From contig CAZQGN010000013.1 in assembly GCA_964592865.1 (NCBI GenBank), positions 11,426 to 75,425 on the forward strand: a DNA stretch of 64,000 bases, given 5' to 3'. Every line of letters starts with the position of its first letter. The first letter of the stretch is position 1. Of the stretch, positions 37,813 to 48,255 are shown piece by piece. The DNA comes from an uncultured Chloracidobacterium sp. GTDB lineage: Bacteria; Acidobacteriota; Blastocatellia; Pyrinomonadales; Pyrinomonadaceae. The position numbers were made by a program, and so were the translations under genes. The notes beneath the pieces are model-generated. The model did not search any database. It was not told where the DNA came from and saw nothing but the letters and a program-made list of their open reading frames with translations.

Positions 37813-40146
37813 TCAGTGTTTGTCGGTCATTTCGTAGATGAGCTTGCCGCCGGCGGCGATCTGGTTGTAAGTGATGTGCCGAGCGTCGATCGGGCGGCCG
37901 TTGAGCGTAATGCTGCGGACATAGACGTTCTTGTCGGATTGACCGCGGGCCTCGATAGTCAGTTTTTTGCCGTTTTCGAGTGAAATGACGGCGGTCTTGA
38001 CCGAAGGGCTGCCGAACTGATATTCGCCGGAGGCAGGTGCGACCGGGTAGAAGCCGAGCGCGCTGAATATGTACCACGCCGACATCTGTCCGCAATCGTC
38101 GTTGCCGCCGAGTCCGTCGGGAGCCGGTTTATATTGGTGGTCAAGTATCATCCGGACGCGTTCCTGCGTCTTCCACGGTTCGTCGGTCCAATTGTAAAGG
38201 TATGCGACGTGATGGGCGGGTTCGTTGCCGTGGATGTAGCCGCCGATGATGCCGTCGCGGGTTATGTCCTCGGTCTCGGCGAAGAATTCGTCAGGCAGAT
38301 GCATCGAGAAAAGCTCGTCGAGGTGTTTTGCGAACGCGTCGCGTCCGCCCATCTTTTTCACCATTTCGGGAACGTCGTGCGGCACATAAAGGCTGTAATT
38401 CCAGGCGTTTCCCTCGATGAAGCCCTGGCCTTCGGTCTTGAGAGGATCAAATTTCGTCAAGAATTTACCGTCCGAGCCCTTAGGCCGGGTAAATCCGGCC
38501 GACGCGTCATAAACGTTCTTCCAGTTGCCCGAGCGGTTGAGGAATTCGTTATAGACATCGAGCCGTCCGAGTTTGTATGCCGCCCGGGCGATCGCCCAAT
38601 CGTCGTAAGCGTATTCGAGCGTCTTCGAGACCGACGAACTGTTTTTGTCTTCGGGCACGTAGCCGAGCGACATGTAATATTCGAGACCGTCGTAGTAATT
38701 GGTCTTGGCGGTCTGCACCGAGGCGTCGAGAGCCTTGTTCGCCTCGGCACCCGTGAGATTGCCGCTGACGATCGCGTCGGCGATGACCGAAACGCTGTGA
38801 TAGCCGATCATGCACCAATTCTCATTGGCATAATGCGACCAGACGGGCAGCATCTTGTGCACGCTCTGATCGTAGTGTGCCTGCATCGAACGCACCATGT
38901 CGCGGTTGCGGGCCGGCTGGATGATGTTGAGCAGCGGGTGCAGCGCGCGGTAGGTGTCCCACAGCGAAAAAGTGGTGTAATTAGTAAAGTTCGGCGTACC
39001 GGCTTTAGTGGGTTGCGGGTTGCGGCCGGGACTTTGAGCGCTGTGAATATTCTGATCCAGGCCCTTGTATCTGCCGTCGGCGTCCATGTAGACGGTTGGC
39101 GACAGCATCGCGTGGTAGAGTGCCGTGTAGAAGTTGGTCATCTCGCCCTCGCTGTTGGCGGTGATCTGAACCTTGCTCAGTTCTTTGTTCCAGGCAGCTT
39201 GGGCCTCGGCCTTTACACGCTCAAAATCCCAGTGCGGTATCTCCGCTTTCAGATTCGCCCTCGCTCCGTCGGTCGATACGGGTGAGATCGCAAATTTGAC
39301 CCGGATCTTTTCGTTACCCTTGGTATCAAAATCAAAGTGCGCCCGGATCTGTTTGCCGGCCATCTCGGGAAAATTCTTTGTCTGGTCGAACTTGCGCCAA
39401 AATCCCTTGTAGTCCTGCTTGCCGAACTCGCGAAAACCATATGATTTGAACGGTTTAGAAAATTCCATCGCAAAATAGACGGTACGCGTGCGTGCCCAGC
39501 CGTTTGTCTGGCGATAGCCGACGATGGTGTGGTCGTTTTCGACACGGGCAAAGGTCCAGACGTTCTTGTCTTCGTAGTTATAAATGCCGTGCATCAGGTC
39601 GAGAATGATGTGGGCATCGGACGACGCGTTCGGGAAGGTGTATTGGTGCATCCCGACCCGCGTTGACGCGGTCATTTCGGCGAGGATGTTGTCGTCGTCG
39701 AGTTTTACTTTGTAGTATCCGGCCTCGGCCGTTTCGTTCGCGTGAGAGAAAGCCGAGCGAAAACCGCTTTTGGGGTCGCCCTTCGCTCCGGGTTCCAACT
39801 GCAGCGGCCCGACCGTCGGCATTACCAGAAAATCGCCGAGGTCCGAGTGGCCTGTGCCGCTGAAATGCGTGTGCGAAAACCCGACGATCTCTGTGTCGTC
39901 ATACTGATATCCGGCACAATACTTATAGGTGTCCTTGTTATATTTTCCGCCGATGTTGTGCGGCTGCTGATCGGTGTCGGGCGAGAGCTGGACCGAGCCG
40001 AACGGCACCGTCGCACCGGGAAAGGTGTGCCCCATTCGCTGCGTGCCGATGAGCGGGTTGACGTAACGGACGTAGTTTTCCGCTCGCTGAGCCGGAACTG
40101 AAAGGTATAACAACGCGACGATGATCATCAGTGAAATAGTCTTCAT
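37813..40146 (-). CDS. GH92 family alpha-mannosidase, secreted
   Basis: VNPLIGT....GHTFPGATVPFG.VQLSPDT and later GH92 blocks (GNEP.HH..YLY). Signal peptide from MKTISLMIIVALL. Confidence 0.9.
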   Translation of the reverse strand: MKTISLMIIVALLYLSVPAQRAENYVRYVNPLIGTQRMGHTFPGATVPFGSVQLSPDTDQQPHNIGGKYNKDTYKYCAGYQYDDTEIVGFSHTHFSGTGHSDLGDFLVMPTVGPLQLEPGAKGDPKSGFRSAFSHANETAEAGYYKVKLDDDNILAEMTASTRVGMHQYTFPNASSDAHIILDLMHGIYNYEDKNVWTFARVENDHTIVGYRQTNGWARTRTVYFAMEFSKPFKSYGFREFGKQDYKGFWRKFDQTKNFPEMAGKQIRAHFDFDTKGNEKIRVKFAISPVSTDGARANLKAEIPHWDFERVKAEAQAAWNKELSKVQITANSEGEMTNFYTALYHAMLSPTVYMDADGRYKGLDQNIHSAQSPGRNPQPTKAGTPNFTNYTTFSLWDTYRALHPLLNIIQPARNRDMVRSMQAHYDQSVHKMLPVWSHYANENWCMIGYHSVSVIADAIVSGNLTGAEANKALDASVQTAKTNYYDGLEYYMSLGYVPEDKNSSSVSKTLEYAYDDWAIARAAYKLGRLDVYNEFLNRSGNWKNVYDASAGFTRPKGSDGKFLTKFDPLKTEGQGFIEGNAWNYSLYVPHDVPEMVKKMGGRDAFAKHLDELFSMHLPDEFFAETEDITRDGIIGGYIHGNEPAHHVAYLYNWTDEPWKTQERVRMILDHQYKPAPDGLGGNDDCGQMSAWYIFSALGFYPVAPASGEYQFGSPSVKTAVISLENGKKLTIEARGQSDKNVYVRSITLNGRPIDARHITYNQIAAGGKLIYEMTDKH

Positions 40147-40209
40147 TTTTGGTTTCCTCGGCCACAAAATGACGGGATCAACGGGTCATAGAAATAGATC
40201 GAACACGCA

Positions 40210-40863
40210 CTATCGATAGTATAGAACCGAAACGGCAAACACGATCTGTGCTGCGTAATAGAGCGGCAATCCCCACGCTTTATTGACGATGCTCCGCATA
40301 ACAAACCGGTCTCGTGCGACCGCGATGTCGGACACGGTGAAAATGATCGCCGCGGCAAGAGCGGCGTACGATCCGGACGCCGCACTGACGGCCGCCGCCA
40401 GCGATGTCATCACCACGATCGCCAGGACGTAGACCGGTACCGCCAAGCGATAAAAGTTGTCCAGATACCGCCAAAGCCAACGCAGCATCACGGCGCCAAA
40501 CGCCGACATTATCAAAAGTGCCGCGGCCAAAGCTGTCAGGTCGGCCGCAAGCGACATAAACGCCGCCGCAAACGCAAAATGGGCCAGCAGAAATGCGGCT
40601 ATACCGGCCGTTAAAAATGAGTTTCGGGCCGACAGCAGCAGTACGTCGCCCACCCAACTGAATACAAGGGCGGCGAGGATAGCTCGGCCGTAAAATGACG
40701 CGGCGGCGCCGTTGATCGCGGCGATCGCGATAAAGGCCGTGCTCGCCGCGACCTTGGCTGCAGAGCGGATCGGGTCCGATCGTCGCCATTCGCCGAGGAC
40801 CGAGAACCCGGCGCCGGTCAGGCACGCGGCAGCGAGCAGGATCGTGATCGTCGAGATGGTCAT
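40210..40863 (-). CDS. YhhN/TMEM86-family (lysoplasmalogenase-like) membrane protein
   Basis: Polytopic ~217-aa protein with the SWVGDVLL and FTVSD patterns of YhhN. Confidence 0.7.
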   Translation of the reverse strand: MTISTITILLAAACLTGAGFSVLGEWRRSDPIRSAAKVAASTAFIAIAAINGAAASFYGRAILAALVFSWVGDVLLLSARNSFLTAGIAAFLLAHFAFAAAFMSLAADLTALAAALLIMSAFGAVMLRWLWRYLDNFYRLAVPVYVLAIVVMTSLAAAVSAASGSYAALAAAIIFTVSDIAVARDRFVMRSIVNKAWGLPLYYAAQIVFAVSVLYYR

Positions 40864-40897
40864 CGGTAATTCGGCACGTGATATTATAGGCTCAGTT

Positions 40898-41851
40898 GTG
40901 CAGCATAGGACAGAGCCAGGTTCAATTTATGCGATCGCCGGCCCGACGGCTTCCGGCAAGACCGAACTCGGGGTCGAGGTTGCCCTGCGTGTCGGCGGCG
41001 AGGTTATAAACTGCGATTCGGTGCAGATCTACAAGCTGATACAGATCGCCACCGCCAAGCCCTCAGCCGAGGAGATGCGCGGAGTGCCGCACCATCTGAT
41101 CGGGTATGTTGACGCCAACGTCAACTATACCGCCGCGGACTGGGCCGCCGATGCCGCGGCCAAGATCCGAGAGATCGAATCGAGAGGCCGTGTGCCGGTC
41201 CTGGTTGGCGGTACGGGATTTTATCTGCGAACGCTCAAACAACCCCTCTTTGACAGCCCGAAGACCGATGAGCAATTGCGGGAACGCTTTCGGGCGATAC
41301 ACGCGGAAAAAGGCGCTGAATATCTGCATCGGATGCTGTCGCGGATCGACGCCGCCGCCGCCGCGGGCCTTCCTCCAAAAGATCATGTCCGGGTGATCCG
41401 GGCTCTCGAGGTTTATTTCCAGACCGGCCGGCGGATATCAGAAATTCGTCCGCAGCGTGCGGATCCGCCCGAATTTGCGGACCGAATTGTGACATTCGTC
41501 CTAAATCCTCCGCGAGCGACACTATACGATATGATCGATCGTCGAACCGAACGGCATTTTAAGGCCGGATTGGTCGACGAGGTGAAACTATTGCGCGCGA
41601 GCGGCGTTAAAGACAATACCAACGCTCTCGGGGCTCACGCGTACCGACGGGTTTGCGAGTATCTGAGGGGCGAACGGACACTCGCCGAGGCGATCGAAAA
41701 GTCGCAGCAGGACGTGCGGAACTATGCCAAACGGCAGTTGACGTGGTTTCGCCGCGAGCCGGACGTCATTTGGCTCGACGGTTTTGGCAGCGACCCGGGA
41801 ATGGCCGACCGCGTGCTGGCCGAGCGCCCGCTTTCGGCGGCCCAGAAATGA
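40898..41851 (+). CDS. miaA: tRNA dimethylallyltransferase
   Basis: IAGPTASGKT P-loop, CDSVQIY and HHLI blocks. The GTG at 40898 was chosen so the gene does not overlap the divergent YhhN start; the ATG at 40856 is the alternative. Confidence 0.85.
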   Translation: MQHRTEPGSIYAIAGPTASGKTELGVEVALRVGGEVINCDSVQIYKLIQIATAKPSAEEMRGVPHHLIGYVDANVNYTAADWAADAAAKIREIESRGRVPVLVGGTGFYLRTLKQPLFDSPKTDEQLRERFRAIHAEKGAEYLHRMLSRIDAAAAAGLPPKDHVRVIRALEVYFQTGRRISEIRPQRADPPEFADRIVTFVLNPPRATLYDMIDRRTERHFKAGLVDEVKLLRASGVKDNTNALGAHAYRRVCEYLRGERTLAEAIEKSQQDVRNYAKRQLTWFRREPDVIWLDGFGSDPGMADRVLAERPLSAAQK

Positions 41852-41862
41852 AATATCCGAGG

Positions 41863-41881
41863 GTATAGCAATTTGCTATAC
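41863..41881. promoter_or_regulatory. 19-bp perfect palindrome GTATAGCAA-T-TTGCTATAC upstream of hfq
   Basis: Read directly. It lies between the miaA stop and the hfq start, and its right arm contains the -10-like TATACT. Confidence 0.4.
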
Positions 41882-41937
41882 TGAGTAAATAGTCGCTGTG
41901 GACGGTGCACTTTTTTTGAAGAGAAAAGGAACAAGCT

Positions 41938-42171
41938 ATGGAAAAACAAGCTGCCCAAAATATTCAGGACGCGTTTTTGAATTCGGCAAGGCGTGAGCGT
42001 ATCACCGTAGTTATACATTTGCTGCCGGGTTCGACGGTCTCCGGCCGCATCAAGAGTTTTGACAAGTTTTCGGTCCTGCTTGATGTCGGCGGGCCTGACG
42101 TCTTGATCTTTAAGCACGCGATCTCGTCCATTTCACAGGAGAGGCGGCCTTTACCTGATCAGGCATCTTGA
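41938..42171 (+). CDS. hfq: RNA chaperone Hfq
   Basis: Sm1/Sm2 pattern QD.FLN..R.E...V.I.L..G....G.I.SFD.F.VLL......L.FKHAIS. The conserved miaA-hfq order is present. Confidence 0.9.
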   Translation: MEKQAAQNIQDAFLNSARRERITVVIHLLPGSTVSGRIKSFDKFSVLLDVGGPDVLIFKHAISSISQERRPLPDQAS

Positions 42172-42803
42172 AGGGAAAATTCATAACGTTTGAGGGAATT
42201 GACGGCAGCGGCAAATCGACACAGTTGAGGATGCTGGCGGCCGTGGTGCGCGAACGAGGGTTGGACGTGATAACGACCTTCGAGCCCGGAGGGACGCCGT
42301 TGGGCAAGCACCTTCGCGAGGCGTTCCTGGAGACCGAAGAAACGGTCGCCCCGCTTGCCGAACTGCTGCTTTTTGCGGCTGATCGCGCGCAGCATGTCGA
42401 ATTTTTGATCAGGCCGTCGATCGCCGCGGGCCGCGTGGTCATATCAGACCGGTACGCCGACGCGACGACCGCGTATCAGGGGGCGGGACGCGGGTTTTCG
42501 AGCGATACGATCCAACAGGTGATCAGCCTGGCGACCGGCGGCCTCAAGCCGGACCTCACGATCTTTTTTGATATATCGGTCGAGGAGGCGTTTGGCAGAA
42601 TGGCGGACCGGGACGAGGCCGGCGGAAAGCGAAACCGGATGGACTCGGAAAAGGCGGAGTTTTACCAACGCGTTCGTGAGGAATATCTAGCCATCGCACG
42701 CCGCGAGCCCGAGCGGTTTATCGTTGTCGACGCCGCCCGCTCGATCGCCGATGTCCATCACGAAGTCACGCAGTTGGTGGCCGGCCTTGTCGAGAGAGCC
42801 TGA
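42168..42803 (+). CDS. tmk: Thymidylate kinase
   Basis: FITFEGIDGSGKSTQ P-loop and DRY motif. Confidence 0.9.
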   Translation: MKGKFITFEGIDGSGKSTQLRMLAAVVRERGLDVITTFEPGGTPLGKHLREAFLETEETVAPLAELLLFAADRAQHVEFLIRPSIAAGRVVISDRYADATTAYQGAGRGFSSDTIQQVISLATGGLKPDLTIFFDISVEEAFGRMADRDEAGGKRNRMDSEKAEFYQRVREEYLAIARREPERFIVVDAARSIADVHHEVTQLVAGLVERA

Positions 42804-42839
42804 CCGCAGCTGCCGGGAACCACACTAAGTAGAATTCAA

Positions 42840-43871
42840 ATGTTTGACACACTCGTCGGGAACGAACAGGTAAAAATAGTCATTCGGCGGTTGATGAAAG
42901 GCGGCCGCGTGCCCAATTCGCTGCTTTTCGCCGGTGACGAGGGCGTCGGCAAAAGGCAGTTCGCACTTGAGATCGCCCGTGCTTTTGTCTGCACTTCGCC
43001 GGTTGATCTCGCGGCCTGTCATGTCTGTTCGGCATGCAAGCGGGTCGATAAGTTCGTCTTGCCGGCGAGCGATAAAGGCGACGATTTTGACCGTGTCTTT
43101 TTCTCGGAGCACCCCGACGTAGGAACCGTCGTACCATTCAAACGCAATGTCCGGATCGGCAGCATCAGGTCGCTCGAGCGTGAGGCAAACTACAATCCGT
43201 ACGAGGCCAAAGCGAGGTTCTTCATTGTCGACGCGGCCGAAAAGATGGCTGATCCGGCCGCCAACGCCCTCTTGAAAACGCTCGAAGAACCGCCGTCGAC
43301 CACCCACATTTTTCTTATCACTTCACGGCCCGATTCGCTCCTGCCGACCATCCGGTCGCGATGCCAGCTGCTGCGGTTCGCTCCGGTCGAGGCCGACAAG
43401 GTCGAACGATACCTGATAGATCAGCGGGCGTTCACCCACGACGAAGCCCGTATCGCAGCACGGCTCTCGCGGGGCAGTATCGGGCGTGCCGTATCGATCA
43501 ACGTCGAAAAATTCAAGGCCCGCCGCGAGCGTATGTTGACCGTGCTGCGCTCGGCGATCGGCAATATCGACCGCACTGAGCTGCTGCGGATCTCGGAGGA
43601 GATGCAGGATGCCAAAAACAAGGAATCATTCGAAGAAAACCTCGAGATCATCGAGACACTGATCCACGACGTTTGGCTCCTGAAGGTGAGCGGCGACCCG
43701 GCAAAATTGGTCAACACGGACGAGGCGGCGGTTCTTACGGGCCTGGCAAACGCGGCTCCGGATAATCTGCCCGATTGGCTGGCAATGACCGAAAAGCTCC
43801 GGCAGGACCTGGCGGTAAACATTAACCGAAAGGTGGCGACCGACGCACTGTTTGTAGCAATGGCGGGTTGA
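42840..43871 (+). CDS. holB: DNA polymerase III subunit delta'
   Basis: N-terminal motif G....PNSLLF.G..GVGK, a C..C..C zinc module, ANALLKTLEEPP and SRCQ. Confidence 0.85.
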   Translation: MFDTLVGNEQVKIVIRRLMKGGRVPNSLLFAGDEGVGKRQFALEIARAFVCTSPVDLAACHVCSACKRVDKFVLPASDKGDDFDRVFFSEHPDVGTVVPFKRNVRIGSIRSLEREANYNPYEAKARFFIVDAAEKMADPAANALLKTLEEPPSTTHIFLITSRPDSLLPTIRSRCQLLRFAPVEADKVERYLIDQRAFTHDEARIAARLSRGSIGRAVSINVEKFKARRERMLTVLRSAIGNIDRTELLRISEEMQDAKNKESFEENLEIIETLIHDVWLLKVSGDPAKLVNTDEAAVLTGLANAAPDNLPDWLAMTEKLRQDLAVNINRKVATDALFVAMAG

Positions 43872-43903
43872 TTAAAATTGTCCGCGGTGCGAAATTAAGT
43901 AGA

Positions 43904-44344
43904 ATGAAGGCCGAGGCAAATATACGACAATTTTCGTTGTCGCCGGTTTCCGAACGGATCCTGGCGGGCCTCGGTGCGTCAGTGATCGCCGGCGGTTCGG
44001 CGGTGGTCGCGTATTTTGACCCGACCAAGGTGTCAATAATGCCGGTCTGCCCGATGTTTTCGGTCACAGGCATCGCGTGCCCGGGCTGCGGCCTGACCCG
44101 CGGGTTTCACGCACTGTTTCACGGCGACGTGGTCGCGGCGGTTGATTTTAACCTGCTCGTCCCGGTCTGGGCGCTGATTTTTGGCTACGTCGTTATTTCG
44201 CTCGCGCTATTGGCTGTCCGCGGCCGCGGTTTGCCGATGTGGGTCACACATCCAAAGTTTCTCTGGACCTTCGTGATCGTTATGGTTGCGTTCGGGGTAC
44301 TGCGAAATATCCCCGTTTATCCGCTTACGATCCTCTTTCCCTGA
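43904..44344 (+). CDS. DUF2752 family membrane protein
   Basis: CPM....G..CPGCGLTRGFHALFHGD motif and TM helices. The ATG at 43904 is preferred over the TTG at 43868. Confidence 0.65.
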   Translation: MKAEANIRQFSLSPVSERILAGLGASVIAGGSAVVAYFDPTKVSIMPVCPMFSVTGIACPGCGLTRGFHALFHGDVVAAVDFNLLVPVWALIFGYVVISLALLAVRGRGLPMWVTHPKFLWTFVIVMVAFGVLRNIPVYPLTILFP

Positions 44345-44391
44345 GGCCTTTTCAACGGACAATTTACCGCGCATTGTGCCGCGTCCCGGAT

Positions 44392-45501
44392 CTACGTGAT
44401 CTGGACGAGCGGCTTGTCGGCGCCGAGCGGTTTGGCATCAGCACCTTCACGGCGGAGAATTTCGACCTCTTTGACAAATTCTTCGACGATATCGGCGCCG
44501 GCAACGCGCCGCATCGGGACACCGTCCTTGAAGATCATTCCGACATTTCGGCCAAATGTGATCCCGAGTTGGCTGTCGTGAGCCTCTCCCGGCCCGTTGA
44601 CGGCACAGCCCATGATCGACAGGTGAAGCGGTTCTTCCACGTGGGCGAGACGGCGTTCGACCTCGGTGACGATCTCGACAAAATTGTCGATATCCAGCCG
44701 TCCGCATGTCGGGCAGGCGACGACAGTGACACCGCGTTTTCTCAGCTCAAGTGATTTGAGGATCTCCCAGCCAACACGAACCTCTTCGTGAGGCTCGGCC
44801 GCAAGGCTGACGCGGATCGTGTCGCCGATACCCTCGTGAAGCAGCATTCCGAGCCCGATCGCCGATTTTATCGTCCCGCCAAAGGGCGTTCCGGCTTCGG
44901 TCACGCCGAGATGCAGCGGATAGTCGACCTTTTGAGCCATCAGCCGGTAGGCGGCGACCATGCGATTAACGTCCGACGCCTTGAGCGATATCACGGTATT
45001 GCTAAAACCGAGGTCCTCGAGTATCCGGACGTGCCGCATACCGCTCTCGACCATCGCTTCAGGCGTTGCCGAACCGTATTTTTTGAGCAGGTCCTTTTCA
45101 AGCGAACCTCCGTTCACGCCGATGCGAATGGGCACATTCTGCGCCTCGGCGGCGCGGACGACCTCGCGAACGCGGTCGATATGGCCGATATTGCCCGGAT
45201 TGATGCGGAGTTTGTCGATGCCGGCGTCGAGGGCTTTCAGAGCCAGCTTGTAATGAAAATGTATGTCCGCGACGATCGGCACATTTGTGCGTTTTCGGAT
45301 CTCGTACATCGCCGCCGCAGCGTCGTCGTCGGGCACGGCAATTCGGACGATCTCGCAGCCGGCCTCGACCATTTCGTCGATCTGCCTGATCGTCGCATCG
45401 ACGTCCGTCGTATCAGTTTTGGTCATTGACTGTACGACGACCGGCGCACCGCCGCCGATCTGAATGTCGCGAACCATTACCGCTCTTGTCACTCTTGCCA
45501 T
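44392..45501 (-). CDS. ispG: 4-hydroxy-3-methylbut-2-en-1-yl diphosphate synthase (flavodoxin)
   Basis: GGGAPVVVQSMT, RINPGN, and CPTCGR plus GC.VNGPGE cluster ligands. Confidence 0.9.
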   Translation of the reverse strand: MARVTRAVMVRDIQIGGGAPVVVQSMTKTDTTDVDATIRQIDEMVEAGCEIVRIAVPDDDAAAAMYEIRKRTNVPIVADIHFHYKLALKALDAGIDKLRINPGNIGHIDRVREVVRAAEAQNVPIRIGVNGGSLEKDLLKKYGSATPEAMVESGMRHVRILEDLGFSNTVISLKASDVNRMVAAYRLMAQKVDYPLHLGVTEAGTPFGGTIKSAIGLGMLLHEGIGDTIRVSLAAEPHEEVRVGWEILKSLELRKRGVTVVACPTCGRLDIDNFVEIVTEVERRLAHVEEPLHLSIMGCAVNGPGEAHDSQLGITFGRNVGMIFKDGVPMRRVAGADIVEEFVKEVEILRREGADAKPLGADKPLVQIT

Positions 45502-45505
45502 AAAA

Positions 45506-46930
45506 CTATTTCTTTTGTTCAGCCGCCGGTTTGTCGGACGTTGAACCCCAGTTCGACGCGATCCTCGAAAAATCCAGGAAAAAGACGAATGCCATCAACA
45601 CGAGGATCATAGCCAGGCCGGTCAACTGGATACGCTCCTTGGCAACCATCGACAGCGTCTTGCCGAACCACGACATCACCTTATCAATGGCGAGGACCAT
45701 GATCTGTCCGCCGTCGAGCATCGGGATCGGCAGCAGGTTAAAGATACCGAGACTGAGGCTGATGACCGTCAGGATAAGGAAAAATCCCTCGGCGCCCATT
45801 ATTCGGGTCGCCTCGGCCGACTGCTGAAAGATACCGACCGGGCCGCCGAGCCCCGAATCCTTGACCGATCGGCTGCCCGAAAAGACCTGCCCGAGGACCG
45901 AACCGGTTGCCTTGAGGTTTTCCCAATTTGTGCTGAAAGCGTGTTCGACGGCCATTCCGAGCGACGCTTTTTCGAGCGGAAGGTCGGGCCGTGTAAATCC
46001 AAAACCGAGGCGTTCGGTCCCGTCCTCGAGCTTTCTGACCGTTGCGGTCAATGTCAGCGGTTTGCCCTCGCGTTCGACAAGAACGCTGATCGGGGCCGAT
46101 TTGTACTTCTGGACGAGCGTGCTCGCCTGCTGATTATTGCGGACGGCTTCACCGTTGAATGACACGATACGGTCGCCCGGTTTGAGGCCTGCTTCGTCGG
46201 CCGGCGTTCCGGGTTGAACGACCCCGACGACGACCGGCACCGCGCCCATATCGGGTTCGGCATCGAGGAGTCCGGCCTTTTGTCCGGCAAATACGTCCTC
46301 TTTACGCGGCGTGATCTCAAGCGATACGCGCTGGCCGTTGCGCTCGACGACCAAGGGAAGTTTTCGGTCGGGATTGATGCCGGCCTCGACCGAGATGTTC
46401 CGCCAGGTTGGATTTTCGACGCCGTTAAACGAGACGATGCGGTCGCCGACCTGAATACCGGCCGCGGCAGCTGCACCCTCGGCCCGGACCGTTCCGATCA
46501 CGGGTGCCGGCACTGACGGAATACCCTGAACAAGTGCCATTCCGAACGGGATCGAAAACGCCAAAACGAGGTTCATGAACGGGCCGCCGATCATGACCAG
46601 GAATTTCTGCCAACGGGGGCGAAGCTCGTAAAGTTCCGATTCGGGCACACGCTCGGTCGTATCGTCCTTGCCCTCGAGCGGCCCGGTCGCCTCATCTCCG
46701 TACAGCTTTACATACGCGCCAAGCGGTATCGCGCTGATGCGGTAATCGGTATGGCCGCGTTTGAAGCCCCATATCCGCGGCCCGAGGCCGAAGAACGAAT
46801 ATGCCTCGACACGCATCCCGAAAAACTTGGCGACGATAAAGTGGCCGAATTCGTGAATATTGATCGCGATGCCGAGGATCACGAGCGGGACCAGGACGTA
46901 GTAAAAAGCTGTGGTTAAAATACCTTCCAT
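45506..46930 (-). CDS. rseP: RIP site-2 metalloprotease
   Basis: HEFGHF zinc motif, two PDZ-like segments and the C-terminal NLLPIPMLDGG. Confidence 0.85.
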   Translation of the reverse strand: MEGILTTAFYYVLVPLVILGIAINIHEFGHFIVAKFFGMRVEAYSFFGLGPRIWGFKRGHTDYRISAIPLGAYVKLYGDEATGPLEGKDDTTERVPESELYELRPRWQKFLVMIGGPFMNLVLAFSIPFGMALVQGIPSVPAPVIGTVRAEGAAAAAGIQVGDRIVSFNGVENPTWRNISVEAGINPDRKLPLVVERNGQRVSLEITPRKEDVFAGQKAGLLDAEPDMGAVPVVVGVVQPGTPADEAGLKPGDRIVSFNGEAVRNNQQASTLVQKYKSAPISVLVEREGKPLTLTATVRKLEDGTERLGFGFTRPDLPLEKASLGMAVEHAFSTNWENLKATGSVLGQVFSGSRSVKDSGLGGPVGIFQQSAEATRIMGAEGFFLILTVISLSLGIFNLLPIPMLDGGQIMVLAIDKVMSWFGKTLSMVAKERIQLTGLAMILVLMAFVFFLDFSRIASNWGSTSDKPAAEQKK

Positions 46931-47013
46931 AATATGGCTATTTCGATTCGGCCGCCGCGGCGTACGTTGTCACTAAAAGTTTAAGGGGGCACCGCCGGTG
47001 AGTCAAACTAATT

Positions 47014-48192
47014 TCAGTTTGACGCCCTGGAGGTCGCGGCCGCCAGTGAAAGTGCGGCAGTCGCGCGGGCCCATTTATCGACGCCCAGGACGACATCAAG
47101 CCCGCTGACCTGCTCGACCGTATGCAGGTCCATGACCTTGCGGTTTATCTCGGCGATCTGGTCGACCCTGATCTTGCCGTCAAGAAACGCTTCGACGCTG
47201 ACCTCGTTGGCGGCATTCAGGGCGGCGGGCATCGTGCCGCCGATCCGCAGTGCGTCGAATGCCAACGCGAGACAGGGGAATTTTTTGGTATCAGGCTCTT
47301 CGAACTCGAGTTTGCCGATCGCGGCCAGATCGAGCGGCGGCAGGCAGTTCGGCAGGCGGTCCGGATATGTCAGAGCGTACTGAATGGCGTGCTTCATATC
47401 GGTCACACCCATTTGAGCGATGACCGAGCCGTCGAGCATTTCGACCATTGAGTGGATCACCGACTGAGGGTGAACAATGACCGAGATCCGCTCGGCGTCG
47501 AGGCCAAAAAGCCACTTTGCCTCGATCACCTCGAGGCCCTTGTTCATCAGCGTGGCAGAGTCGATCGTGATCTTGTCGCCCATCATCCAGTTCGGATGAT
47601 TGAGAGCCTCGTCACGGGTCGCCGCCGCGATCTTTTCAACCGGCCAAGTGCGGAACGGCCCGCCCGACGCGGTCAGGATTATCCGGCGAACCTCGTCGGG
47701 ACGCTCGCCGCGAAGGCACTGGTGAATTGCGTTGTGTTCGCTGTCAACCGGCAAGATCTCGGCGCCCGAGCGGGCGGCGGCAGCGGTCATCAGTTCGCCC
47801 GCCATCACCAACGTTTCCTTGTTTGCAAGTGCGACACGCTTGCCCGACTCGATCGCCCGCAGTGTCGGCACAAACCCGACGGCGCCGACCGTTGCCGAAA
47901 CGACGGTGTCAACGCGGTCGGCCGTCGCGACCGCGATCAGGCCTTCATCGCCGACGAGTATCTTCGGTTTGAAAGACCCGAGGTTATGCAATGCACGCTC
48001 GAGCTGCTCGGCGCCGAGGTCGTCGGCACACGCCGCGATCTCGGGCTTGAAGGCGACGATCTGCTCAATAAAACGGGCGATATTGCGCCCGGCCGCCATC
48101 GCCGTTACGCGAATATCGCCGAGATGTTCGACAACCTTTAGGGTATTGCAGCCGATCGAGCCGGTTGAGCCGAGGATTGAGATATGCTTCAT
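47014..48192 (-). CDS. dxr: 1-deoxy-D-xylulose-5-phosphate reductoisomerase
   Basis: ILGSTGSIG, LANKE, PVDSEH.A and HPNW motifs. Confidence 0.9.
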   Translation of the reverse strand: MKHISILGSTGSIGCNTLKVVEHLGDIRVTAMAAGRNIARFIEQIVAFKPEIAACADDLGAEQLERALHNLGSFKPKILVGDEGLIAVATADRVDTVVSATVGAVGFVPTLRAIESGKRVALANKETLVMAGELMTAAAARSGAEILPVDSEHNAIHQCLRGERPDEVRRIILTASGGPFRTWPVEKIAAATRDEALNHPNWMMGDKITIDSATLMNKGLEVIEAKWLFGLDAERISVIVHPQSVIHSMVEMLDGSVIAQMGVTDMKHAIQYALTYPDRLPNCLPPLDLAAIGKLEFEEPDTKKFPCLALAFDALRIGGTMPAALNAANEVSVEAFLDGKIRVDQIAEINRKVMDLHTVEQVSGLDVVLGVDKWARATAALSLAAATSRASN

Positions 48193-48255
48193 AAGCAAGC
48201 TAACAGATTAGCATATTTGCGGCCCCGAATGCCGCCGACAGCGGACTCGTGATCC